64,000 nucleotides of DNA. Source: an uncultured Bacteroidia bacterium (GTDB taxonomy: Bacteria; Bacteroidota; Bacteroidia; Bacteroidales; CAJPTX01). Position 1 is the first letter of the stretch; every line of letters begins with the position of its first letter. The translations under genes and the position numbers were made by a program. The stretch covers positions 19 to 64,018 of the forward strand of contig CBDEMG010000007.1 of NCBI GenBank assembly GCA_965240855.1, read 5' to 3'. The notes beneath the pieces were generated by a model. It was not told the origin of the DNA. It saw only the letters and a list, made by a program, of their open reading frames with translations, and ran no database searches. Shown piece after piece: positions 1-10,000 of this stretch.

Positions 1-259
1 GTCTTTGTTGCAGCGCCAGTTTCTCCTCCACCTGCTCGATGTACAACCCCGCAAAAAGTTCTTTTTTCCCTTCGAAATATGCGCGCAAGGTAGAAAGGAA
101 CAAACTCTTACCAAAACGGTGAGGTCGGCTGAGAAAGAGATATTTAAAACGTTCCGTTAGCGATGCTATATAGCGCGTTTTGTCTATATACAGTAGCTCT
201 TTCTTGCGTATATCTTCGAAGGTTTGCACTCCGACGGGGAGTACGCGAGGTGTTTCCAT
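1..259 (-). CDS. AAA-ATPase-like domain protein (PF09820-type, usually fused to a PD-(D/E)XK nuclease domain). Only the N-terminal part is present; the ORF runs off the left window edge and is not in the ORF track
   Basis: Manual reverse-strand translation from the ATG at 257-259 gives [85 protein letters not shown] with no stop before position 1. The LPxGxxxFxxxR..YxDKT and RPxRFGKSL pattern is typical of this Bacteroidales family. Confidence 0.6.
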   Translation of the reverse strand, partial: METPRVLPVGVQTFEDIRKKELLYIDKTRYIASLTERFKYLFLSRPHRFGKSLFLSTLRAYFEGKKELFAGLYIEQVEEKLALQQR

Positions 260-357
260 AGCTAGTATATCCGTTCTTTGATTACGAAGTTAGTGCATAT
301 TTCATATAGTAATTTGTACGAAGAGGGACTATACAAACCGATACATTTTTTTGAGCT

Positions 358-2121
358 TTAGGCTTCTACTGAGACTTGTAACATATTGCAATACGTAGCC
401 GAACATGCTTGCAGTTCTTGATCTGTACCTATTGCTTCAACCGTTCCCTTGCCTAGGAGAACTATTTTGTTAGCGCCGCGTATCGTACGCATGCGGTGTG
501 CTATAATCAGTACCGTCTTATTCTTAACGAGTTCCGAAAGGGCTTCCTGGATAAGACTTTCGTTCTCTACATCAAGTGAGGCTGTTGCCTCGTCCATTAA
601 GATTATAGGTGCATCTTTTAAAATAGCCCGTGCAATAGAAATACGTTGGCGTTCCCCTCCCGAGAGTCGTTCTCCATTCTCGCCTATAATGGTGTTAATG
701 CCTTCGGGGAGTCGTGCTATAAAATCGTCGCAACGTGCAATGGTCGCAGCTCGTTCAATCTCTGCGTCAGTCGCATCTTTCTTACCGATTCGGATATTAT
801 CTTTCACACTAGCATTGAAGAGGACGACATCCTGAAATACTATAGCATAGTGGGTGAGTAGTACCTCAGGGTCGATCTTACTAATATCTTGCCCACCGAG
901 GAGAATCCGCCCACGCTGTATGTCCCAAAAACGTGCAGCAAGCTTTGCTAGGGTAGTTTTGCCACTTCCCGATGCCCCGATGAGTGCCGTAACCTCGCCC
1001 TGTTTTGCTGTAAAGCTTACGCCTTGTAGGACTTGCTTACCAGTCTCGTAGGCAAAATGAACATTTTCGAATGTGATGTCATAATTAGTAACCTCGCATG
1101 CTTCCGTACCCTGCTGGGCTGGCATCTCTTCCATTTCGCGCATACGTTCTATACGTGGTTTCAGTATTAGAAGTGCTCCCAGATGATTGAACACATCGCT
1201 AATCGGATTGTATACTATCGCTCCCACCATCAAGAATACAAGATATGTTAGCAGTGAGATACTCCCTGTTGTGAGGGTATAGGCTCCGGCAATGATCGTA
1301 GTAGCAAGCCCGAGCTTAAGTATTACAGTAGCGCCCCCAATAAGCTTTGCTGCTAGAAATTCGCCGTACTTCAGACTCGCTTCATACCGAGTCAAATCCT
1401 CCGCCAGGGTCTCGTTGTACTCCACCTCACCATTATATGCTTTAATTTCCTGAATACATTCGATCCCCTCCTGAATCCGTTCGGAAACTTGGCGTTTGAC
1501 ATGGTAAAAAGCAATATTCGCCTTCGAGAGCATATTGTAGCCTAGTGCCAAGAGTAGAGCCGAGATTGGTACTACCCAAAAGAGCGCTAGCGCCATTTGC
1601 CAGCTGTAAACAAAGAGCCCTACGGCTACTATAAAAAGACTCCCAAGCGAGGCATAGAGCTGCGGAACGGCATGCGAAAAGAGCATCTCGATCAAATTGT
1701 TGTCCTCCATGATCGTATTCGTAAGATCAGACAAGTTTTTCTCGCCAAAGAATGCCAGAGGGAGCTTACGTAACTTTTCGGCTATACTGATGCGTCGGTT
1801 CGCGCTTTCTAGGTAGACGCCAGAATAGGTATGTTTATATTGCAACATCGCCACTGCAAAAATGATGAGCAAAAAGACGACGGCAATAAGTATATAGTAT
1901 AGAAGCCCCCATGTAAAGGTCTTTTCGTGCTCAGTGGGTGCGAGAATGGGTTGGAGATAATCTACGATGAAGAGGTAGATGTACGTCACCGGGAGCATCA
2001 GTGCCAAATTGAAGAGTAGGGTAGCGAAGATCCCCTTAACAAACGAGTGCGCACCCTTGGGTGATAGCGCAAAACGATGCTGAAAATATTTAGAAAGATT
2101 CATTGTCATAGTTCCTTTCAT
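358..2121 (-). CDS. ABC transporter, fused permease/ATP-binding subunit (type I exporter half-transporter)
   Basis: 587-aa ORF with an N-terminal six-helix membrane domain. Walker A GASGSGKTT, ABC signature LSGGERQR and Walker B ILMDEATASLD. Confidence 0.9.
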   Translation of the reverse strand: MKGTMTMNLSKYFQHRFALSPKGAHSFVKGIFATLLFNLALMLPVTYIYLFIVDYLQPILAPTEHEKTFTWGLLYYILIAVVFLLIIFAVAMLQYKHTYSGVYLESANRRISIAEKLRKLPLAFFGEKNLSDLTNTIMEDNNLIEMLFSHAVPQLYASLGSLFIVAVGLFVYSWQMALALFWVVPISALLLALGYNMLSKANIAFYHVKRQVSERIQEGIECIQEIKAYNGEVEYNETLAEDLTRYEASLKYGEFLAAKLIGGATVILKLGLATTIIAGAYTLTTGSISLLTYLVFLMVGAIVYNPISDVFNHLGALLILKPRIERMREMEEMPAQQGTEACEVTNYDITFENVHFAYETGKQVLQGVSFTAKQGEVTALIGASGSGKTTLAKLAARFWDIQRGRILLGGQDISKIDPEVLLTHYAIVFQDVVLFNASVKDNIRIGKKDATDAEIERAATIARCDDFIARLPEGINTIIGENGERLSGGERQRISIARAILKDAPIILMDEATASLDVENESLIQEALSELVKNKTVLIIAHRMRTIRGANKIVLLGKGTVEAIGTDQELQACSATYCNMLQVSVEA

Positions 2122-2127
2122 AGTGCA

Positions 2128-3915
2128 TTACACCGTCCATGTAATGGTCTTTTGATACTCATCCCACATCTTCTTGTAAGTCCCTCCCTGGGTAAGGAGT
2201 TCGTCATGCGTCCCCGTCTCAATAATTCGTCCGTTATCGATAACCAAGATCTTATCCACATCCCGAATACTTGTAAGGCGGTGTGCAATCATAAGAGAGG
2301 TCTTCCCACGCATCAGCTCCTGGAGTGCTTCTTGGATTAGATGCTCATTCTCGGGGTCGGCAAATGCTGTAGCCTCGTCCAGCACAACGATGGGTGCATC
2401 TTTTAAGAAAGCCCGAGCTAGCGCTATGCGTTGTTGTTCGCCACCTGAGAGGTAGGTTCCCTCCACCCCGATTTTAGTCTCTAAGCCCTTAGGTAGGCGT
2501 GCTATGATCTCCTTACTTCTAGATTGTTCGAGGGCTAGTTCTATTTGTGCTTCACTCGCCGTGCGATTACCATAGAGAAGATTCTCGCGTAGCGTCGTTT
2601 TGAACAGGGTCGTATTCTGGAATACGAAAGCTACGCGTCGCATCAACTCGTCTTTACTAATACGACGAACATCCACGCCCCCAATCTGCACACTGCCGCT
2701 TTTTACATCCCAAAAGCGGGGAATAAGCCGTGCAATGGTCGTCTTGCCACCACCCGAAGCCCCTACTAATGCATAGGTTTGCCCCTCGGGGATCGTAAAA
2801 CTAATCCCTTCTATAGCGTTCTTCTCGCTATCTGGGTATGCAAAAGTTACATTCTCGAAGCATATACTGTTCCCTTCTGGGGTGGCTAGCTTTTCTGTTA
2901 CTAAAGGAGAATGACCCTCAGTAAGGTTTTCTAGGCGATCGATGGCTTGTGTTGCCCGTAGAAGATCTTGCTGCATAAACATAATCTTCATAGCATTGGC
3001 TCCTAGCAGCGGGGTAATGAGTATGTAGAGAAAAAGGTCGGAGACTACATTAACGAGCTCCCCAGTCCTACCAATTACGAGTATCGCTACTGGGACTAGA
3101 AAAAAGGCAAAACCATTGATCAGGGAAGAATATGCCGCCATGGGTTTCTGGAAGCCGAGCGTGTATTTGCTTACTAGGTCACGATAGACGACGATGCTCT
3201 CGTAGAAACGTCGGAACGAAAAAACACTTTGTTGGAAAACTTTGACCACAGGTATGCCACGAACGTATTCGACTGCCTCGCTCGCCATCCGCTCTTGTGC
3301 ATTGAGATAGCGATCTTGGAAATCCTTTTGACGCTTACTCCCCGTAAAACTGAGTACTGCAACGCCCGAAATGATAGGGATAAGGCATGCCAACCCCAAC
3401 TGCCAATTGAACAGGAGGATAAGAGCTACAATAACTATCGGCGAGATAAAACTGCCCGTTAGATCCGGCAACAGGTGCGCAACAAAGGTGTGCGTCTCGG
3501 ACGCATTGTCGTCGATAATTTTACGCATCCGTCCGCTTTCGTTCTGCTCGAAAAAGCCAAGAGGTAGCGTAAGAAGCTTTTGCATCGTCCTGCGGCGGAT
3601 ATTTACTTCTAGCCTAAAAGCTGCTACGTGCGAAAGCATTAAACCCAAGTAATAAATAGCGATGCCTGCTGCGGCACAACCTACAGCCCACCAAGCGTAG
3701 CTGTAAATGGGGGTATCTTGCGCAATCCCGCCCTTTGTTAAGAGGATCTGGACGATTCGCCATATCAAGATAAAAGGTATGAGTTGCAAAATGGCACTCA
3801 TTCCTGATAAAAACATCGCTAGCGGAATGAGATGCTTTTTCCGTTCCATATACACCGCTAACCGTTTGAGTACTGGAGGTTTGGGTGTCGCTTCTTTTTC
3901 TCTTAGCTGCGCCAT
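2128..3915 (-). CDS. ABC transporter, fused permease/ATP-binding subunit; partner of 358-2121 (heterodimeric exporter)
   Basis: The ORF track gives 2128-4011. I prefer the ATG at 3913-3915 (MAQLREKE...) because the upstream extension is not protein-like. Walker A GASGGGKTT, signature LSGGEQQR, Walker B VVLDEATAFAD. A 6-nt gap separates it from the downstream paralog. Confidence 0.88.
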   Translation of the reverse strand: MAQLREKEATPKPPVLKRLAVYMERKKHLIPLAMFLSGMSAILQLIPFILIWRIVQILLTKGGIAQDTPIYSYAWWAVGCAAAGIAIYYLGLMLSHVAAFRLEVNIRRRTMQKLLTLPLGFFEQNESGRMRKIIDDNASETHTFVAHLLPDLTGSFISPIVIVALILLFNWQLGLACLIPIISGVAVLSFTGSKRQKDFQDRYLNAQERMASEAVEYVRGIPVVKVFQQSVFSFRRFYESIVVYRDLVSKYTLGFQKPMAAYSSLINGFAFFLVPVAILVIGRTGELVNVVSDLFLYILITPLLGANAMKIMFMQQDLLRATQAIDRLENLTEGHSPLVTEKLATPEGNSICFENVTFAYPDSEKNAIEGISFTIPEGQTYALVGASGGGKTTIARLIPRFWDVKSGSVQIGGVDVRRISKDELMRRVAFVFQNTTLFKTTLRENLLYGNRTASEAQIELALEQSRSKEIIARLPKGLETKIGVEGTYLSGGEQQRIALARAFLKDAPIVVLDEATAFADPENEHLIQEALQELMRGKTSLMIAHRLTSIRDVDKILVIDNGRIIETGTHDELLTQGGTYKKMWDEYQKTITWTV

Positions 3916-4149
3916 AGTGGTTTGTCGTAAATTAGAATGCGTAAAAATAGAAGTTTTGTGTGAATTGTTCTCGTAATAATGATTACAACTCATCGTCTCA
4001 TACTTTCCCAACTTTTGATTTTTACGCCCATATGCCCCACGGACTCTATATACTATAGCACCAAAGTTGTTGTAGCCACTTCTCTTTCCTACGAAAATTA
4101 GTGAGCAAAATCCTCTATTTTAGTGATTGTCAGAATTGTTTATGCGACA

Positions 4150-4157
4150 TAACTTTG
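4150..4157 (+). promoter_or_regulatory. Candidate Bacteroidetes -7 promoter element (TAnnTTTG) for the hmu operon
   Basis: TAACTTTG lies 27 nt upstream of the hmuY ATG and matches the published Bacteroides -7 consensus TAnnTTTG. I could not place the -33 element confidently. Confidence 0.3.
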
Positions 4158-4183
4158 CGTCTATACATTAAAACCCAGAAAAC

Positions 4184-4921
4184 ATGTTAAAAAACATAAG
4201 TTATTTCCTTCTAGTTGCCCTCATCACATTGGGTGCGATCTCTTGTCGTAAAAGCGCTGTAGGTGACGAGCGCGAGAGAGAAAAGCAGCGCCAAGAAGAG
4301 GAAGCGAGAAGACGAGCTGAGGAGGCGGCAAAAGGTATAAAGACTTTGAAAGTTGACGTGTCGGGGCTTAAGAATTGGAAGTTTGTAAGCTTCAAGGAGG
4401 GCAAGGTTCTCGATAATGTAAACTTAAACAATTCGAAAGCGAGCCTCGATTGGGATATGGGGCTTAATTTCTTTTACTACAAAACTAACAGCGGAACTTC
4501 TGGGAAGGGAAAAGGCGGAGCGGCACGCTTAGCGATTGACTCGCACAAAGCGGATATGAAAGATTTTAGCCACAAACCCGATCCTAACGCTTGGGTGGAG
4601 GATCAAGATTACTCGGTGATGGTGAAATTCTCGCCACGCAACGCTGAGTGGGAAGTTACGGGGCTCAATCTCTCCTTAACAACGCAATACGAAAATGAGA
4701 GCGACTGGATGGGAAAGGTGAAGCAGCACGGTGTTGTTTCGCTCTACAATCCTAAAGCACCAGAGCACGGATCTCCTGATGTTAAAGAGAGTAACGAGAT
4801 TTTCTATGTTCGTTGCGCTGATGGTACTTACGCAAAGTGTCGCTTAACGGGGTGGGACAATACAAATACGTTTAAAAAAGTCGTATATCGTCTAGAATAT
4901 CAGTACCCAGTAAATTTGTAA
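4184..4921 (+). CDS. hmuY: HmuY-family heme-binding lipoprotein (hemophore-like)
   Basis: Lipoprotein signal peptide with Cys (LGAISCRK). Collinear blocks match P. gingivalis HmuY as I remember it: LDWDMGL, SGKGKGGA, FYVRCADGTYAKCRL, and a C-terminal EYQYPV. Located immediately upstream of a TonB-dependent receptor. Confidence 0.85.
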   Translation: MLKNISYFLLVALITLGAISCRKSAVGDEREREKQRQEEEARRRAEEAAKGIKTLKVDVSGLKNWKFVSFKEGKVLDNVNLNNSKASLDWDMGLNFFYYKTNSGTSGKGKGGAARLAIDSHKADMKDFSHKPDPNAWVEDQDYSVMVKFSPRNAEWEVTGLNLSLTTQYENESDWMGKVKQHGVVSLYNPKAPEHGSPDVKESNEIFYVRCADGTYAKCRLTGWDNTNTFKKVVYRLEYQYPVNL

Positions 4922-5000
4922 ATCGAGATTGCGGAAATGGTAGGGTGCGATGGGAGTATGGTCTTCTCGCACTCTGCTTTTCTTGTCTGAATCAGCTGTA

Positions 5001-6968
5001 ATGAGAAAAATACTCCTTCTTGCCACGTTGCTTTTTGCAAGCCTCCACCTCTTTGCGCAAACGGTATCACAAGAAAATACCACAACCTCCGACTCCACAC
5101 TCATGAAGAAAGTTGATGTGGAGGACGTCGTAATTACCTCCGATCGGCAAGTACGACCCATTCGTAGTGTCCCCGTCATAACGCATGTGGTGCGGAATGA
5201 GGAGATTCAGAAGCTCAACCCGCGCTCCATGGTAGACGTGATGGAGTATGTGCTACCAGGGCTCGAGTTCAGTATTCATGGGGGGCAAGATCAAGTCACG
5301 GTGCAGGGGCTCTCGGGCAGTTACGTACTCTTTCTGGTGGATGGCGAGCGTATCCCGAATGATGGAGGTAACACCGTAGACCTTACCCGTATAGACCCTA
5401 ATAATATTGAGCGTATCGAGATGGTGCGAGGCTCTTCGTCTGCGCTTTATGGCTCGAATGCTATTGGGGGAGTAATCAATATCATTACACGGACTGCGAA
5501 ACGCCCCATCGAAGGAAGCTACACGGGGCTTTACGACCACCAACAAGGCATTCAACGCCATAATCTTATGGTGGGGGTTGTACAGAAAGGGTGGAAATCC
5601 ACTACAAGTGGCGGCTGGTCTTATCAACCCTTTTACGATCTACCCCTCAAAAATGCTCAGGCTACTACCCGCATCCCTGGTAACGAGATTTGGAATCTGG
5701 CGCAGAAGGTAGGGTATACGAATACCAACGGACGATTTAAAGCCGAGCTGAACGGTGCATATAGTCACCGCGAACAGTTCGAAGATTTCCTAGATAATTA
5801 TAATCTATATCATTCCCTCAAGGTCGGAGGGAATACGCAATACCGTTTCAATGATAGTTATAACCTAGACGGCGCGTACAATTTTGATATCTACCTGCGC
5901 GATGAGATCCACCCGACGCGCACTGGAATCCAACGCGTATTCGACTATCAGACCCATACGGCGAGAGCACAATTGAATGCGAAACCTTGGGGCGAGGCGC
6001 TACCTACATTCAACGCTGGGGTAGATTGCTTGCATGAACAGTCGCGAGGCAATCGTTTTCGAGATTCGTTGAACTACAACACGGCAACCACAATAACGCC
6101 CTATATACAAGCCGAGTGGCACATCATCGAAAAACTTACCGTAACCAGTGGTGTGCGTGGCGATATACATTCAGAATACAAGTTCTATGCTACACCTAGA
6201 GTTGCGCTCCTCTGGCGAGAGAAGTATTGGGCGCTACGCGGTTCGTACTCTATGGGCTTTCGCTCTCCCACACTTAAGGAACTCTTTATGGAGTGGAGAC
6301 ACCCGATGGCCGGTGGTTTTACCATTCAAGGAAATCCAGATCTTAAGCCCGAAACAAGCCAAATGGCGGCGCTAGCTCCCGAGCTTACCTTAGGGGACTT
6401 TTATCTCAATAGCACGCTCTATTTCAATTACTTCAACAATCAGATTGTGCAGTATGATGTATTAGAGAATGGAAACCGCTACCGTCGTCACATCAATCGA
6501 GATCGTTCGCATATATTGGGTGTGCAGACAATGGCTACCTATCGTATTTTGTCGTCCTTGAATTTACGACTCAATCATTCGTTCGTCTACGATGTCTTTG
6601 AGGTAAAAGATAAGGATGGGCGCTTGTACGACCTATCGCAAGTACGCCCTCATACGGGCTCGGCGGCTCTCGATTTTCATTATATGTTTGCAAAGACTTA
6701 CGGGCTAGGGGTAGATATCTCGGGTAAGTTCTACGGTCCTCTCCATACCGCATTTCCTATTGAGGGGTCTAAGATGCAGGAATATCGCTACGAGGACTAT
6801 CCCGCCTATCTCACCCTCCGTGCTAGCATCTCCGGGAGTTGGAAAAGATACGTAACGCTTACTTTAGGATGCGAAAATCTACTCGACTACAAAGCTGAGC
6901 AGAGCGACGTCGTTACTTCCCTCTCCCCCGGTAGGAGTTTTTATATCTCACTCGCGTTGCGCTACTAA
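5001..6968 (+). CDS. hmuR: TonB-dependent outer-membrane heme receptor
   Basis: ORF track gives 4950-6968. The ATG at 5001 yields a standard signal peptide, MRKILLLATLLFASLHLFAQ. Plug-domain motifs IEMVRGSSSALYGSNAIGGVINIIT are present and the C-terminus ends in an aromatic residue (ALRY). Position in an hmuY-hmuR-hmuS order. Confidence 0.85.
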   Translation: MRKILLLATLLFASLHLFAQTVSQENTTTSDSTLMKKVDVEDVVITSDRQVRPIRSVPVITHVVRNEEIQKLNPRSMVDVMEYVLPGLEFSIHGGQDQVTVQGLSGSYVLFLVDGERIPNDGGNTVDLTRIDPNNIERIEMVRGSSSALYGSNAIGGVINIITRTAKRPIEGSYTGLYDHQQGIQRHNLMVGVVQKGWKSTTSGGWSYQPFYDLPLKNAQATTRIPGNEIWNLAQKVGYTNTNGRFKAELNGAYSHREQFEDFLDNYNLYHSLKVGGNTQYRFNDSYNLDGAYNFDIYLRDEIHPTRTGIQRVFDYQTHTARAQLNAKPWGEALPTFNAGVDCLHEQSRGNRFRDSLNYNTATTITPYIQAEWHIIEKLTVTSGVRGDIHSEYKFYATPRVALLWREKYWALRGSYSMGFRSPTLKELFMEWRHPMAGGFTIQGNPDLKPETSQMAALAPELTLGDFYLNSTLYFNYFNNQIVQYDVLENGNRYRRHINRDRSHILGVQTMATYRILSSLNLRLNHSFVYDVFEVKDKDGRLYDLSQVRPHTGSAALDFHYMFAKTYGLGVDISGKFYGPLHTAFPIEGSKMQEYRYEDYPAYLTLRASISGSWKRYVTLTLGCENLLDYKAEQSDVVTSLSPGRSFYISLALRY

Positions 6969-7028
6969 ATTGCATCTTAAGCGTATTATGACGTATACTG
7001 TGCATCGCTAAATTTTTTAATTGCCAAG

Positions 7029-10000
7029 ATGAAAAAAAGAATCATTTGGGTGCTACTAATTCTTCTCCTGCTTGTCCTTGTCGGTGGGGGAATTTTTATG
7101 TTTCGTCCCCGTGCAGTTCGTATCGCACTGGTAAACTACCCCGAGTCTTCACTTAAGGGGATGATGCTCTCGGTCGACAAAAAGAATGTCACGCTACATA
7201 GTGTCAATAATACCGAGGAGCTCGCCTCCTACGATGCTGTCATCGCTTTTGGAATGGGGCTCAAATGGACGGATGAAGATCGTGAACGAGTGAAAGCGTT
7301 AGACACAAAGGGGATTCGTTACATATCAATTATGACCACAACCCCCGAGAATGCCCTTACGAATATAGACTCGGCGCAGATACGCACCTTCTTGACCTAT
7401 TTTCGCAATGCGGGGTTAAGTGCAGGGGCTACGAATCTCCGTTCGGGGTTCAATTATTTTCGTACTGAGATTCTTGGGAAACCTCTTCGCGAGGGGGAGG
7501 TGAAAGAACCCATAGAATATCCTTCGGAGTGTCTATTCCCTAAGAATATCCCTGATAAGAGCTTTGCCACGGTTGCTGAGTTTCAAGCATTCTATAAAGA
7601 GAACGGATTTCGGGAAGGTGCGCCCAAACTCGCCTTCTTTACGGGGATGGCGAGTGGTCCTTTCAGCCCAGACCGCGAACATTTAGACTCGATTATTAAT
7701 ACCCTCGAGCGCGTTGGGTTTAATGTTTACCCCATTAATGCTATGGGGCGTCGTCTCGAATACTTAGACGAGATAGATCCCGATCTTGTGGTATATATGC
7801 CTCACGGACGCTTCATTATGGGGGCATCAAAAGTCGTAAGCGATTGGTTCTCACAACATAACACCCCTTTGTTTGCGCCACTCACGATCAATTTGCTCCG
7901 TGAAGAGTGGGAAGCCAACCCGAATGGGATGATTGGAGGCTTTTTGAGCCAAAGTGTAGCAACGCCCGAAATGGACGGAGCCCTCCTCCCTTATGTCGTT
8001 GTTGCGCAGAAAGCGGATCAAGACGGCGTCAACTACAATTTCGCGCTACCTGACCGTATGGAAACCTTTGCGCAAACTCTTTGGAAGTATGCACAGTTGC
8101 AACGAAAGCCTAATTCCGAGAAAAAGGTGGCGCTCTACTATCTGAAAGGTCCCGGCGCAAATACGCTGGTAGCCTCCGGATTGGAGGTAATCCCCTCGCT
8201 CTACAACGTGCTTAAAGAGTTACAAAAGAAAGGGTATAATCTAGAGGGCCTCCCTGCCTCTGCTGTTGAGTTTGGCAAAGTATTGATGCAGCAAGCGCCA
8301 CTTTTTAACAGCTATGCAGAAGGCTCGTCAAGCAAATATTTGGAGAGTGGATATCCTGAATTGGTACGTGGCGATTCGCTCAAGGCATGGATGCGTAAAG
8401 TGATGACCGCGCAACAGCTCGATAGTCTCCGCAAAAAGTTTGGAGAAATACCTGGCGAACACCAAGTTACGGTTAAGGACGGGGAGCTCTGTGTAGGCGT
8501 TGCGAAGGTGCAATTCGGAAATGTGGTATTAATCCCTCAACCCGCACAAGGGGTGGGCGTTAACGACTTCAAGATGGTGCATGGCTCTGCTGGCATCCCT
8601 GCGTATCCCTTTATTGCAGCCTATTTGTGGGCACGGCATGGTTTCGGTGCTGATGTTATGATGCACTTCGGTACGCACGGAAGCTTAGAGTTCGTGCAGG
8701 GGAAGCAAGTGGCGCTCTCGAGTCAAGATTATCCTGATCGACTCGTTTACGATCTCCCCCATGTCTACTATTATACTACGGCGAATATAGGGGAGGGGAT
8801 GATTGCAAAGCGTCGGAGCTATGCGCGTCTGGTTTCTTACCTACCCCCACCTTTCATTGCTACGCAGCTTGAAGGTGCAGTCGGTAATTTTATGCGCTTG
8901 ACCGACAAATTCCTTGCACAAGAAAAGGACGACGAGAAGCTAGCGCTCCAAATCAAACAACTGGCGATTAAAGAGGGGTATCATCGCGACCTCAAGTTGG
9001 ATACGATCCCCGAAAAACCGTACTCGCGTACCGAAATTGAAACCCTTGCAGATTTTGTGCAAGAGCTCGCCTCTGCAAAAATTGTGGGTGGAAACTATAT
9101 TACGGGCGAACCTTTTGTCGATGCTAAAATATCGTCGAGTGTCCTTCTTATGACTGCAGATCCTGTGGCTTATGCTCTCTCGCAAATTGACTTGTGCCGA
9201 GGTAAAACTACGCCGCAACTACTTAAAAAGACTGCATATTTCGATACACATTATCTCAAGAAAGCGGAGGCTCTTGTACGCAAACTTCAAGCGAACCCGA
9301 AGAGTGCTGTAGAGGGGTTAATGCGTGAGGCTGGCGTAACTGCCGACGATCTAGCGCTAGCTTTGCGTGTTGCTGCTTGGCAGGAAGAACAAGAGATGAA
9401 GGGCATGGGGATGATGGGAATGATGGGGAGCGGCATGCCACCCGCTGGGATGAGTAAGATGATGGGGCAAGGTGGTAAGATGCCAGCCAATATGGGAGGC
9501 GCAAAGCCACAAGCCAAACCAGAAGGTATGGGGGGCGGACATCCCTCAGGAATGCCCCAGATGGGCAACGCGCAAACAGCGAGTAACGAACCTACGCCTG
9601 AACAAGAGCGCCTAGGAGATGCTGTAAACTTACTCAACCGTTCGTTGCAAAAAGTCGGTACTTACGACAAATATTTGCGAGAGAGTCCCCAAATAGAGTT
9701 AGATGCAATCAGTAATGCTTTTGCTGGTGGCTATACGGCAACTTCTCCAGGGGGCGATTTTATCTCTAGTCCAGATGTGCTGCCTACGGGACGTAATCTT
9801 TTTGCGATTGATGCTGAGCGAACCCCCACTAAGAATGCTTGGGAGCATGGTAAGGAGCTCGCAGACGGGTTAATTGCTGATTATAAACAACGCAATAACG
9901 GAGAGTTGCCCCATAAGGTTAGTTTCTCCCTCTGGAGTAGTAGCTTCATAGAGAGTGAGGGGACTACAATTGCCGAGATCCTCTATTTGCTCGGCGCTGA

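Noticed and set aside
449-1051. Plus-strand ORFs (449-835, 646-861, 854-1051), and many similar 60-160-aa ORFs antisense to or overlapping large genes throughout the window. Examples: 3174-3976, 5253-5627, 9256-9637, 13554-14201, 14533-15357, 24172-26474, 27716-28461, 31181-31609, 41604-41911, 42919-43383, 49004-49946, 60125-61052.
   Set aside because: They lie entirely within, and opposite to or out of frame with, much longer ORFs that carry clear family motifs. Their translations are low-complexity or Arg/Ser/Cys-rich shadow-frame sequence. None has its own recognisable motif, start context or intergenic space.
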